A DNA stretch of 59,311 nucleotides, from contig NIVC01003282.1 in assembly GCA_002269645.1 (NCBI GenBank), positions 1 through 59,311 on the forward strand, read 5' to 3'. The position numbers were made by a program, and so were the translations under genes. Below are positions 15,273 through 30,244 of the stretch, piece after piece. Position 1 is the stretch's first letter; each line of letters begins with the position of its first letter. Source of the DNA: Macrostomum lignano. Its lineage: Eukaryota. The notes under the pieces are model-generated. The model searched no databases. It saw only the letters and a list, made by a program, of their open reading frames with translations, and was not told the origin of the DNA.

Positions 15273-17081
15273 GACAGACAGACACAGGCAGAAGAGAGGG
15301 GAGGTGAGAGGCGATATTAGAGATGTGATAATAGAAGAAGAGATGAGTGAGAAGATAAGAGAGGAGTGAGAGAGGAGAAGAGAGAGAGGAAAGGAGTTGA
15401 GAGGGGAGGAGATAAGAGGAGAGATGGGAGATGAGATTAAAAGAGGGAAGGGAGGACAGGAGATGAGAGGAGAGAGGAGAGGAGGGGAGGGGAGAGTGGA
15501 GAGAGGGAAGAAGAGATGAGATGAGAGGAGATGAGAGGAGAGGAGATGAGAGGAGATGAGATGAGATAGATGAGAGAAAATGAGATGAGAAGACATTAAA
15601 TGAGGAGACGAGGGGAGATATGAGACAGGAGATGAAAGAACTGGGAAGCACTAACTTTGAGCAGGGCCGGATTGCTATTGTGAAGAAGCTTCAAAGGACG
15701 GATAGAGAGGCTTCGCGGGCCGCATTTAACATGTGGGCCGGAGTTTGCCTACATGCTACACATGGTACTATTACTGACTGTATCCACAGTTACAGACGAC
15801 CGGGGACCCCAGAGACCGAGGAACCCAGGGATCGGAGACCCAGAGATCGGGGAACCGGGGTTTTTGCCGAAAAATCCTCAGTTCCCCTGGGGTGTGAATT
15901 TTCCGGGGAATTGACATCCTTAGCCAACAAGCTATATCTCTAACGCACGTTAATATAGCTTGTATAAGAAATTAAAAAATCATTGTTGACCATAAACGAG
16001 AAAAAAATTGCTTACAACACCAGAAAAACGGAGGCAGACATCCAAAGTCGCATTATTGGCCGAGGCCGCTTCATGAGAGGCAGCATCAGCGGCAGAATCT
16101 GCGGCAGCATCAGCGGCACCACCGGCACCAGCACCAGCATCAGCGGCACCACCGGCACCAGCACCAGCACCAGCGGCACCACCGGCACCAGCACCAGCAC
16201 CAGCGGCACCACCGGCACCAGCACCAGCATCAGCGGCACCACCGGCACCAGCACCAGCACCACTGGCACCACCGGCACCAGCACCAGCATCAGCGGCACC
16301 ACCGGCACCAGCACCAGCACCAGCGGCACCACCGGCACCAGCACCAGCATCAGCGGCATCACCGGCACCAGCACCAGCACCAGCATCAGCGGCACCACCG
16401 GCACCAGCACCAGCACCAGCATCAGCGGCACCACCGGCACCAGCACCAGCACCAGCATCAGCGGCAGCACCAGCATCATCGACAGCACCAGTGGCCTGGT
16501 TAAAGGTTTCCGGGATTTAAATTTGGTGTACTGTTGATTGCTTCAAACAATATTAATTTATTTCAATGTAAATGCAAATGTATGCCTACAATACCGTTTT
16601 CACACCTAAGCCTACATTTTTTGGGCAAAATGCAAAATATTTGATACTTTAGATAGCATAGTGTTTTAGTAGAAGGTAAAGGTAAAGGTAAAGGTAATTG
16701 TCTTACCAAGCGCAGAATTTCCGTTTGTAGACGCATGTCGATAGCGCCACCACGAAAATACTCTCGGACTTTTTCGTAAAAGGCTGTGGCAGCCTTTTGC
16801 GATTCAGCAAGACTTTCAAAGTTTGCATGATAATGCGCTGAACGGTAGTGATCTCTTAAGCCTTGGAAGCTTAGTGTTACTTTATAACACAGCCCGCACT
16901 TAAAAACATCACTGTCTATTTTTTCGGCGTGTCTCGCATATTGCACGGCTATCGAAATGGGTTGGCCATTAATATTATACTTGCTGTGCAAGTGGCGCTT
17001 CAATGAGTCGGCGCGGAGCTTCTTGGGCCAGTTGCACGGCACAATGGGGCAAAATGCCTCTGCATTATTTGCTCGTGTCAT
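14730..17081 (-). CDS. Paired C2H2 zinc finger + Gly/Ala/Asp linker + SET8/KMT5A(PR-Set7)-like lysine methyltransferase
   Basis: Exon 1 17081-16707 and exon 2 16495-16016 are both phase 0. SET exon: GHKGKGAFASRYLRRNEFVCEYAGELIE...WYIFEFVHHSKSYAIDA...LGRFLNHSRR...GEELLFDYG...TWL*. The SET domain call is strong; the splice path from exon 2 to the SET exon is tentative. Confidence 0.72.
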
Positions 17082-18927
17082 TTTTCTGCGAAAATATGTT
17101 CTGGCTATGGTTAGCGAGTATTAAATCAATAAAGGAACGCGCGAATGAAGATTATATTTCATGTTAAAATCACACCTCACTCGTGATTGGTCAATGTGGT
17201 GGGCCATTGAGGAATCTGTAAAAGATTAGACAAGGCACGTCGTGCAATTAGGAATGAAACTACAGCCTAACAGCCTAACAGTAACAAGCGATCACAGCAA
17301 CTGCCACTACCCACCCACCGCTGTTAGGCTAAGTATTCGACAACGTTAATTACTACTATCGGCAGAAGAAATTCTGCAACTTGTGGGGATCGCTTTTGCG
17401 CAATTTCTACATGCCATAACTGAGGACTGAACCAAGTCTGAGTTTGCCATTTCACATGGAATTTATAGCAACATTTCACTAACATTTGGAATTCATTCTG
17501 CCTATACCTCTATCTCTATCACTCACTCTACCCTAATATCTCCCCTATGTATTTCGTCAACTTTTCCCACACTACCAACTCAGTCGTGTGGGAAATCATT
17601 TCTAGATTGATTTCCAATCCAATTCGACTCAATAAACTGTGCTCAAGTCCCTCAGGCCACCCATATATCGGTAACCCTAAAGTGTATTAGTCTCCCTAAA
17701 CTCTGTATAGTGTATCTCCCGGGCCCCTATTTATTTTGTCAACTTTTCCCACACTACCAACTCATTCGTGTAGGAGATTGTTTCTAGATTGATTTCCAAT
17801 CAAATCCGACTCGAAAAAAAGCTTAAATCTATTGGGCCACCCATATACTACTGACAATAGCCAAAGTCGAAAAAATAACTAAAAAGCAAGAGAAAATGGT
17901 CATAACTTTTTAAACAAAATATATCGAGCTCGGACCGTCTGGAATGAATTTTCCGTCCTCCCTCCCCCCAAGCCTTGCGCGCACTGCCAACGTCCCGGCC
18001 GGTCTGATATCTGCTCGAAAAGTCTTCAAAACTACTGCCAGTAAGTTAATTGTGAATTCCATCTTCATTTTTCATTTCGATTAAAGTTTTTTTTCTTCTC
18101 TTTTTCTTGGCCTTTAGAATGTCTTAGGGTCTATTTTCTTTAGTTACTTCACTGTCCCTGTCTCACCTGCCCTGGCCTGAGACTCCCCCCCTTTCTTTTT
18201 GCTCTCAATTTTATTTATTTTCGGGTCTTAAGCTTTTAGGGCTTCCTTCTTAAGGGTCGGGTCTAGGACGCGCTGTCCTGTTAGTTAGCTAGGCTATTAT
18301 CTATTTATTTGATTTCCTCGCTGATTTAATTGGCTTCGGCCTGGGGAAACCCTGCCCAATTTTTTTTCTAAATTAATTAATTTTTAGGCGTATTTGCAAA
18401 TTTTTCCTGCTATACGCTTTTACACTATTTTTTAATATAAGTAGTTTAAATTACCTTTAAGTTTGATAATTTCCTCCAAAATTAATTAAATTATTTTTAA
18501 CTTATTTTCTTTAATTTAGAAGTTATTTGCTTTTTGCCTATTTTTGGATAAATAGTTTAATTCAGGTTTTTCGGTCTTTCTCTCTCTTTTATCTAAAAAA
18601 AATTTTCTCCATTAATTATTTAATTTATTTCAAAATTTCGTCGGGTCTCTTCTCTTCTCTTTTCTTTTCTCTTCTTCTTACTCTAACGTGGCAGTGCGTG
18701 TGAGGTTTGCGGACGCTGCTGCTACTTATTAACTGTTGCTAATCCAATAGCTTCTCTTTATATTGAACTGATTTAAATTTATATTAGAACTGTTTTACAT
18801 TTATCTGACCCTCTGTTTTATAAAACTGCTTGTATTTACCCTGAACTGACATTTATTTTGACCAGCTACCTCAGTTTTACTTATCTTTTAATAGTTTTAT
18901 ATTAAAAGCCTAATTAATAGCTGAAGA

Positions 18928-20737
<1,810 letters not shown>

Positions 20738-21919
20738 CACTGACAGCGTATTTTATTGTCAGCGTATTTTGTCTTTTTTTGTTGTCATAGATGACGATCA
20801 ATTTAGCGGTTGGTGAAATAATTTAACGCATACACTGATAAATGCATTTATAAATGATCACCTCTTTGAGCTTAATAATCAGTAAATAATTTTTGCATCA
20901 TCTTTTCTGAGAATTCTAATTTAAATAAGTAACGCAGATTTTACGCATCATTTTGCATCGTTTTTTAATAAGGTTGCTTATGCGTACTAAGCAAACAAGC
21001 AGGAGCAGCGAAACACCCTTTTAAATATCACCCTTCTTTTTAGACACGATGCCAAGTACCAAACGACAGACGCAGCCATCGGGGCATGCATTGGCTGGTA
21101 CCTGCGAGATGTGAATCAGCGACTGGGGAGGAGGAATGAAGTGGAACAGTGACAAAAACAACCTGCGCACTGCTTATTTTCCCCTCATTGGAGGTGGTCC
21201 AAAATCCTTCATAGGCTCAGACCTACTTTACATGATAGCTGTCAGTGAACCTATCCAGCCTCTGTCCATTGCTTCTCGAAGCCGACATGCCCAGGTGCCA
21301 CACTCCTCAAGATCATCTTTGACCTTATCGTTCTCTTCGCACCACAGTACAGATGTTGGATCCTCTGCAGTCATTGCAGTCGCCATGCCCGCATTTCTTT
21401 CCAATGCGATCTTTTCCAGTTGCAAGATCCACCTGTTACTCCTGTTCTCACTTAAAATCCTGTCATCAACCACAGCATCCTTACCTGTCACTCGCTGCGG
21501 ATTCTCCTAATCTGTCGTGACGTCACTGCACCACCTTGGTTAATTACCAATAGGCCTATAGGCTAACCCTATTGTTAGATGTAACCATACAGAAGGACCC
21601 TACAGATTATAATACTAATTTAAGTATTTGGAATAGATGCTAGCTCATTGAGCCATTTAATCAGTACTTCTTTTTCTCATGTAGTTCTCGCTGTTTGCTG
21701 TTATCAAATTTGCTTTTTCTTCTTTTTCGAAGAAGTTTTCCTTTTTATTTTGCAGTGCAATGTTTTCACAGTTCATCTATAATGCTCGCTATAGCTCATT
21801 GAGCCCTGTTATCAATGTTTCAATTTTTTATGCAGTTAGTTTACTGTTATCACTGTTACTGTTACCAAAATAGTTTATAGTTTTCTTTTTTCTTTTAGTT
21901 TACGGGTTACGAACTTTTC

Positions 21920-22015
<96 letters not shown>

Positions 22016-23291
22016 CTATTCTTCTGTCTCTCTCTTTTTCGTCTATTTCTCACTCCTTTTTCTCTTTTTGCCATGGTCATGTTTCATTTTGCCAGAAGAA
22101 AAAATCATACAAATTATACTTTTTCGTAATTCATCTGTTGTTACCTTGTGTGCCATTATATTTAAACACGATTATATCGTCCATATACTAAAAATGGTTT
22201 GCCTTACATACAACCCTTTACTCATTTCAATACTTGCACAATAATTGAATTTAACGGTTTTTCTACAAATAGCTATAGCGTACTGGCACAGAATAGTACG
22301 TCTGTATGATCTGTGTGATTCTGTGCGCTTGTCTATCATTTTATACTGGAGCTCGAGTGAAGTTGAACCAATAGTACATTACCATCTAGCAAAGAAACAT
22401 TTTCTACTATTTTCTACTATTCTACTTGTATATGATAGTTTTTTATGGCTTAGAAAATTTGTAGCAGGACATTACCAACAGCAGATAGATTAAATTGCAT
22501 TTTACGACACGCGAGAGCCGCGAAAACTACATGAAAATGAATACGACATCAATACGATTTTGCGACATACATACGTTGTAAAAACGACGTACATACTATG
22601 TCGAAACGACATACATACGACGTCGAAACGATATAAATACGATGTCGAAACGACGTAGTAGGGCGGGGACAAACCACAACGTCAAAACGACATCGCAAAA
22701 CGACGTCGTTTCGACATCGTTTTTCCCAGTGGGGCCTGTACTGCCAAAACCTTTGCTCACAGTCTTCTATTCGAACAGCCGAAATGTCTTGGGCATTCTT
22801 TCAACTCTTCATTTGCCGCTGCGATTCCGCTGCAGCTTTAGAAAAAGAAAAGTAGGGATCAACGATTTTCAGGTTGTGGGAAGAGGGTAAAGGAAGAACT
22901 GGATCAGGAAGACCAAAATAGGATGACAAAGTCTGATCGTTCTGGTGCAGTTGGCTTCAGCTGCAGTACACGGGTGATTTGGCGTCCAGAGACCCGAAAC
23001 CATTTCTGCTAAATCCTACCCTGGTTCGGCCTCCTGCACAACCCGCTCGCAAACCGTGGGCGGTGATGTTTACGTCGCTCCTGCTGCAAAGGTTAGCCGA
23101 AGCCCGCAGGGATGAAGTTTATCGATCGGCCTCGATGGACGGGAGGGTTGGTATGGCAAGTGAAAAGGTAAGCTTTTGCCAGGATAAGGCTGGAATGAGG
23201 GAGAGGAATAAAACCTAGCGATCCTGTGGCCCTGATCTCGCTGCTTTCACCATCCTGAAAATTGCGCTATATCAGTCTAGTCAAGCCAGCC

Positions 23292-24123
23292 ATGTCAAAC
23301 CAGGGTCTTGCATACGGCTTGAGCGCCCAGATCAAAAAAAAGGTTTGTAACACAGGATTTTCATTTTTTATTATGTTGACTGACTTACATAAAGTAATTT
23401 ATGTAAGGGAATGTGTTCACTCCGCAGCTTGATGGAAAGCGCGATCCAGGACAGGAGGCTGAAGTGCTCGACTGGATTGAGGCTATTATTGGCGAGAAGC
23501 TAGAGAGAGATAAGGGCTATGAGAATATCCTGCAGAATGGTGAGATATTCGAAAAGTGAAATTTACATGTGCATTAAACATTTGTTTTATTTAATATCAA
23601 AAACCATTCACGACATTGCAGGCATCGTGCTGTGCAAGCTGATGAACAAGATCAAGCCGGGCAGCGTAAAGAAGATTAATGAAGCCAACAGCATGCCCTT
23701 CAAGATAATGGAGAACATCAATGCGTTCCAGAATGCTATTAAGGCCTACGGCGTCCCCACGACTGATGTTTTCCAGACCGTGGATCTGTACGAAAAGAAG
23801 GACATCAGCCAGGTTACCCAGTGCCTGTTCGCTCTGGGCCGCACGGTGAGTCACAATTAAGCCATAGTGGGTATAACTATGAGATGTCTGAAAACGGACT
23901 GAGTGGCTCACTAACGCATTGAAGTAATAATTTTCAGTGCCAGGTGCACCCAGAATTCACCGGCCCGGTGCTGGGGCCAAAGCTTTCAGAGGAGAACAAA
24001 CGGGAGTTCAGCGAGGAACAGATGAACGCCAGCAAGTCGGTTATTGGGCTGCAGGCGGGCTTCAACAAGGGCGCCAGTCAGGCCGGAATGAACTTCGGCA
24101 AAGGACGCATGATTGTGGATTGA
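23292..24123 (+). CDS. Calponin/transgelin-family (myophilin/MP20-like) protein, about 190 aa, right copy
   Basis: Exons 23292-23342, 23428-23539, 23622-23845 and 23938-24123 have GT-AG introns with compatible phases and give an uninterrupted CH domain plus calponin repeat. Confidence 0.94.
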
Positions 24124-25366
24124 GTGCCGGCTATTTCGATAATGACCTGCACTTCATTTTTATGAGTGGAGTCTGACTTAATTCATGTAATCCTGACAGT
24201 CCGAAGTATATTCGCGCTTACTCTAAGATACTCGTATATAGTTGTAGTACTATATTCTGTAGCAATCCATCAAGGCACCTCCTACAAGTAATTATTTTAT
24301 TTTGCACTCCCTTAAATTTTCTAGCAAAACCCAGAAAAAGTAGCACTGTTTGCTTATTCGCTTCCATTTTTAAGTTCCGAAAAATCGCGTCCATATAAAA
24401 AAATTCGCTTAATAAACTTTTATACAGCGATTTTTTCGTTCATTTAGAATCTAAAAGTCTCAACAGTACTCTCCGGCAACTTTAATAATCAAAATAAACA
24501 AACGTACTCGCACAAGTTTATTTATAGCTGCGCACTGGCTTGCTGGCTATGCAACACGCGGAAAATTTGTCTCGCATTTTCATCACTATTTAAGCGACGT
24601 AGTTAGTGCATGATCGAAATGTCGTCTAAAAGAGCGAATGGTGCGATACCCCATTACCTGAAATTTGATCAAAACTGTAGCTAAATGTACATGTATGCAT
24701 GCATTAAAATACATGCAAAGTACATAGTTAATTGTGATTACTGTTAAAAATAAGGAATTTACAGTAGGAATACGAATGAAGCCATTTTAGTCGAATACCA
24801 TAGTCGAACTACCGGGGGGGGGATTCCCCAGAAAATTTTTTGTTGCGCCGGGCTAACTTTTTGTTGCGCACCTTCTCAAACAAGAACCAAGTCTCCAGTC
24901 AAGCAGTGCGGCCCTTCCAAGCCACCAGATTTCATCAGGATGTTGACTACATGTGTTTGCATCAGCGCTGACTTCGTTGGTTACTGGCTTTCACCCAAGC
25001 GGAGTTTCTTGAGTTTCAACAGGTAGGTAGACTAAACAACTTGCCAATAAAGAAGTGCGAGTAATAGCCAGCGAGTAGCAATACCTTAAGAGCATGTAAA
25101 AATACAGTAATATGAGTCTACGCCGAATATAATGCGCAAAATAATTTTAGGAGCTTTAAAATGTAAAGGATGATGAAAAATCTTGTTGAAGGAGCCGACG
25201 GCGTCGGGGTGATGAAGGAACGTTTGAGAGTCTAGCTGAGGATGTCCAGCCGGCAGCTGTCGCCCTTTACTGGAGCTTATATAGCCATGGTTAGCGTCAG
25301 ATGACAAGTAGAGGGGAGCATTCGGGAAGATGGATGGAACCGCTCCAGGCTTCAGACGGGTCTATG

Positions 25367-26476
25367 AAATTTGCTTGCGAGAAGTTTGCTTGCCGAAGTT
25401 TGCTTGCGGGACTTTTGCTTGCGGAAATTTGCTTGCCGAAGTCTGCTTGCCGAACTTTGCTTGCGGAATTTTGCCTGCCGAAGTTTGCTTGCCGAGCTTT
25501 GCTTGCCGAACTTTGCTTGCCGAACTTCGCTTGCCGAATTTTGCTTGCAGGAAATTTGCTTGCTGCACATAAGCTTGCCGAAGTTTGCTTGCAGGAAATT
25601 TGCTTGCCGAACTTTGCTTGCAGGAAATTTTCTTGCGAGGTTTGCCAGCCAAAGTTTTGCGGGACCTTAAAGAAACCTATTTTTGAGCTCTTGTATTTCT
25701 AATTTTCATTTTCTAAGATTCGTGGAAGTCGCCTATAGTGTTATGATTTTGTATGAGGATATGGCGGATTATTAACTGCATTTTATATACTAAAATATTA
25801 TTAGTATATGCATTATTATACATTAGCATCACTGCAATTATCATACCTGCTCAATCGTGCTGAACTCAGGAACTACAAAGATTTATACTGTTACCGATCC
25901 CTATCTACCTATACTAAATCTCTAAGCATTCTATATACTACATTCTTAGAATGAAACTCTATAAGCCTAGTTTGAAAGCTTCGTGTCAAGTCAGTTTACG
26001 TCGAACCTGATAAGAATCCACTTGCAAAGCATCTGTAGTAAGTAATAATTGACTGACCAACTTTACAAGCAATCAAAACAAGCAAGCAAACAAGAAAATA
26101 ATTGTGCAAGTTAAAACCTTGCGATTGTGTGATTGCAAATTTCTAGAAAGCAGACATCAAAATTTCGCAAGCAAAGTTCGGCAAGCAAAGTTCCTGCAAG
26201 CAAATTTCCTGCAAGCAAAGTTCGGCAAGCAAAGTTCGGCAAGCAAACTTCAGCAAGCAAAATTCCGCAAGCAAAGTTCGGCAAGCAAAGTTCGGCAGGC
26301 AAAATTCCGCAAGCAAAGTTCGGCAAGAAAAAATTCCGTTCGGCAAGCAAAATTCCTGCAAGCAAACTTCGGCAAGCTTATGTGCAGCAAGCAAGCAAGC
26401 AAAATTCGGCAAGCGAAGTTCGGCAAGCAAAATTCCTGCAAGCAAAGTTCGGCAAGCAAACTTTCCGCAAGCAAAC
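25367..26476. mobile_element. Foldback-like element: inverted arrays of GCAAGCAAA repeats around an AT-rich core
   Basis: TTTGCTTGC array about 25367-25662 and GCAAGCAAA array about 26160-26476. Confidence 0.6.
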
Positions 26477-26754
26477 GTCGTACTCCCCTTCAGACATCTC
26501 CTTGACAGCAGCTACCAGTAAAGATTCTGCAAGTAGTCAAATGCTACCGCAACTTACAACTAATCGAAACGACTCGAGCCGCTGAGCAGTTCTTCATCAC
26601 ACTGCGAGCTCAACTGGACCACCGATCCAATATTGGAGTTTCCTTTATCCTCCACTGCTGGAGTTTCAATTTTGCAGCACGTCTCTGAAGTCTCCACATT
26701 CTAGGACGTGTTTGAGATTGGCTCAGCACATAAGTGCACAAATAATAAGTTTTT

Positions 26755-27758
26755 TGTGGCCTTCGGAGACCACTTCCCAGCCTTGTCCCCGACTTCTGTG
26801 ACCACGTCCCCACCTTCTGGGATCACGTCACCGCTCTTGGGGACCACGTCCCCTGAATCGGGACCACGTCCCCGCCTTAATAGATCACGTCCCCGCCTTC
26901 AGGGACCACGCCCTCGGTGACCACGTCCCCGTCCTCGGAAACTACGTCCCCTGAATCGGGACCACGTCCCCGGCTTCTGTGACCACGTCCCCACCTTCTG
27001 GGACCACGTCCCCTGCCTTCGGGGACCACGTCCCCTGCCTTCGGGGACCACGTCCCCTGCCTTCGGGGACCACGTCCCCTGCCTTCGGGGACCACGTCCC
27101 CTGCCTTCGGGGACCACGTCCCCTGCCTTCGGGGACCACGTCCCCTGCCTTCGGGGACCACGTCCCCTGCCTTCGGGGACCACGTCCCCTGCCTTCGGGG
27201 ACCACGTCCCCTGCCTTCGGGGACCACGTCCCCTGCCTTCGGGGACCACGTCCCCTGCCTTCGGGGACCACGTCCCCTGCCTTCGGGGACCACGTCCCCT
27301 GCCTTCGGGGACCACGTCCCCTGCCTTCGGGGACCACGTCCCCTGCCTTCGGGGACCACGTCCCCTGCCTTCGGGGACCACGTCCCCTGAATCGGGACCA
27401 CGTCCCCGCCTTCTGTGACCATGTCCCCACCTTCTGGGATCACGTCCCCTGCCTTCGGGGACCACGTCCCCTGCCTTCGGGCACCACGTCCCCTGCCTTC
27501 GGGGACCACGTCCCCTGCCTTCGGGGACCACGTCCCCTGCCTTCGGGTACCACGTCCCCTGCCTTCGGGTACCACGTCCCCTCAATCGGGACCACGTCCC
27601 CGCCTTAATAGATCACGTCCCCGCCTTAATAGATCACGTCCCCCCTTCAGGGACCACGCTCTCGGCGACCACGTCCCCGTCCTCGGGAACTACGTCCCCT
27701 GAATCGGGACCACGTCCCCGCCCTCGGGGACCACGTCCTGGCCCTTGGGGACGACGTC
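26755..27758. repeat. 22-bp minisatellite GGGGACCACGTCCCCTGCCTTC, each unit with a GGGGAC-CAC-GTCCCC hairpin
   Basis: GGGGACC at 27021, 27043 and onward; degenerate edges. Confidence 0.95.
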
Positions 27759-27787
27759 TAGGGTTAGGGTTAGGGTTAGGGTTAGGG
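27759..27787 (+). repeat. Short interstitial (TTAGGG)n
   Basis: About 4.8 units directly after the minisatellite. Confidence 0.9.
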
Positions 27788-27959
27788 AGGTCCCTCCCCC
27801 GCTGCTGCCGCTCCCACCGCCCCCTGAGCCGCCGCTCTCACCCCCCCCCCGCCTTGCCCTCCGGCTGCTCTCCCGCCGATCAGGTGCACGCCACCAGGAG
27901 TATCCCCAGGCTTACTCCTTATAGTAGCAGAAAGTGAAAATTTTCCCCAATTCTAAGAA

Positions 27960-28188
27960 ATCCCCAAATCCCGAGGAAATTTAGAGCTAAAAAGCCGAAG
28001 CAAAAGCATTTTTTAATGTCTAGGAAAATGCAATTTTAACAAAAAATAGCAAATTTGTAAAAATACAGACATAATTTTAGACCATTACCGGACCAATACC
28101 GGACCCTAATACCGGTATTGGTAATACCGAAAAAATGGCCAAAAAACCGATATTTTTCGAAACCGGGATCCCGGTATTAGCATCTCTA
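27960..28188 (-). mobile_element. Probable hAT-like element end
   Basis: Minus strand reads TAGAGATGCTAATACCGGGATCCCGG followed by repeated ATACCGG subterminal motifs; partner end not found. Confidence 0.4.
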
Positions 28189-29294
28189 CTCCTATGGTTG
28201 TTCCTATTGGCTATTATCCTTCATTCATGGAAATGGTAAGCTTACTGAATATTATTTAATACTTTTAAGAAAAAACATTTTTTTAGAAGAAAGTTATGAT
28301 TTAGAAGAAACTTAAAAGTATATACAATACAATTTTTTCTTTATCTTTTTTCTTTTAAAGGATCCAAGATTTGCTGCTTCAGCCTTCAACCAAAGGAAAT
28401 GGTGGCCCAAGTTGGAAGAGCAGTCAGTGGACTACTGGGGTCCAAAAAAACTGTCTCATCTGCCTTTGGTGGCACAAGGCTCACCACCATGGCTCCATTA
28501 CCCTCATCAGGGACTCTGCCAAGGCAGGCAGCCACTACGTAACGTGCAGATAAGTGTTGATTTTGGAGGTGAGGTGGGTGTCAGAGCAAATGCAAATTCA
28601 ACGCCTATCTAAATGCACTAGACCTCTTCTAATTGGTCCAGACCCTCGATTCATGTAAGTCATTATGTGAGATATTCATGCATGTAACTCTCATGTAAAT
28701 CTAATTATAAATGTAATCAGTGTGCACTGTGTCGTACAGAAGCGATATGACCAGTACAATATAGTACGCATAATTAGCGCTTCACCGTAGCCGTTGTTGT
28801 ACGCATAAGCGCACCCAGCCCCCAAGTTTCAATGCATTGGTGTACGCAGAATTAGCTGTACATATTAACTGTCCATATACCAAAAATTGGCAGAAGTAAC
28901 GCGCGCCCACCCACCCCATAATTGTACCATGACCTTTGTGCCCGCTGGGCACTTATTCTTGCCTTTTAATGCCATAGACTACATTTAAGCCCGCTTGCAG
29001 GAGTCAAACTTACTTTAATGCAAATTAGCGGGCAGTTAATGCTAATTTTGTTCCACGTCTTTGTCAAGGACACAAATGTCTATGGCACAATAATAGTAAT
29101 ACCCATACTTTGCGGGCGTTAATGAGTTAATGAGACCCTCCACAAGATTGGCGGCCCCCCGCGCGCGCATGATGAGTCAGCCGCTGTAAATCGCTGCTGT
29201 CCACACTGTTATACCCACTCCTATCCACTGCTTTGTCACCTTTTACATATCGGCTCATTTTTCGCAAGTTAAAATTTAAGTAAATCTCACCCCA

Positions 29295-29668
29295 CTGAAA
29301 AGATTGACATGCATTTTCGCTACCGCAAGAAGCAATATAAGTGTCTAAATGCGTCATGGCCGTTTTTTAAAGAAAGTACAAGTAAAAATTTTGATATCTA
29401 TCTATCTATAAGCGATGCCACCGTGAGCCTACTATTGATAATATTTAAGTGATTCCCCCGTAAGCATTGGCATCTCGTGCGAGGCCCCTCAACAAAGGTG
29501 TACAAAGACCCTCTTAAAAGCGTGCGATTCCCCTCCTAAAAGTGTGTAAAGCCCCATCTACAAGCGTGCGAGGCACCTCTCAAAGGTGTGCATAGCCCCA
29601 TAGAAGCCCCATCTTCAAACCGGCCCTCATCTTCAATCAGAATTTTGTGGGGGTTTCTGCTTTGCAAA
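29295..29668 (+). repeat. Dispersed repeat, diverged inverted homologue of 54895-55275
   Basis: Shared blocks such as GCGTCATGGCC, GAGCCTACTATTGATAATATT, ACAAGCGTGCGAGGCACCTCTCAAA and GCCCCATCTTCAAACCGG. Confidence 0.8.
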
Positions 29669-29670
29669 TA

Positions 29671-29820
29671 GCGCGAGCAGCAGCAGCAGCAGCAGCAGGC
29701 GCTACAAGCAGCAGAGCGCGAGCAGCAGCAGCAGCAGGCGCTACAAGCGGCCGAGCCCGAGCAGCAGCAGCAGCAGCAGCAGCAGCAGGCGCTACAACCG
29801 GCCGAGCGCGAGCAGCGAGC
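29671..29820 (+). repeat. (GAGCAGCAG...GCGCTACAA) repeat, orphan copy of the zinc finger-polyQ gene repeat
   Basis: Same unit as 30610-30720 and 34519-34710. Confidence 0.85.
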
Positions 29821-30244
29821 AAACATAGATTTCTTGTTTCTAAGAAAGTAAAATAAAAAAATAATTGTAAGCAGCGCCTCTTTTTCTACTGCCAAGCCTG
29901 TAGTGACCTGGAGTCACGAACGAAAGAATGAATGAACTAAGGGTTTGCATTAACTATGGGTTATAATGCTACTTAGGGCTACTTAGCTTTATTCGCTTCT
30001 AGTCCGGCACTTAAGTAACGGCCATAGACAGAAATTTGCTACTCAGCTATAAGAGACCGCTGTTATGTGTGTGGTTTTAAATAGAGCTGATAGGAATTCC
30101 GCTGCATTGACAGGCGCTACAGGCGCTACTAAAATGTTTATGGCCCTTCCTACGTTTTTTGAGTGTCATAGAATAGAAGAGTGCCGTAGAATGACTGCGA
30201 AATAATTTGTGCGAAAGCTTTTACCCTCAACAAACAGCGTGATA

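Noticed and set aside
26979-27700. Regular 22-bp array as a possible CRISPR
   Set aside because: No unique spacers, no cas genes, eukaryotic context; it is a minisatellite.
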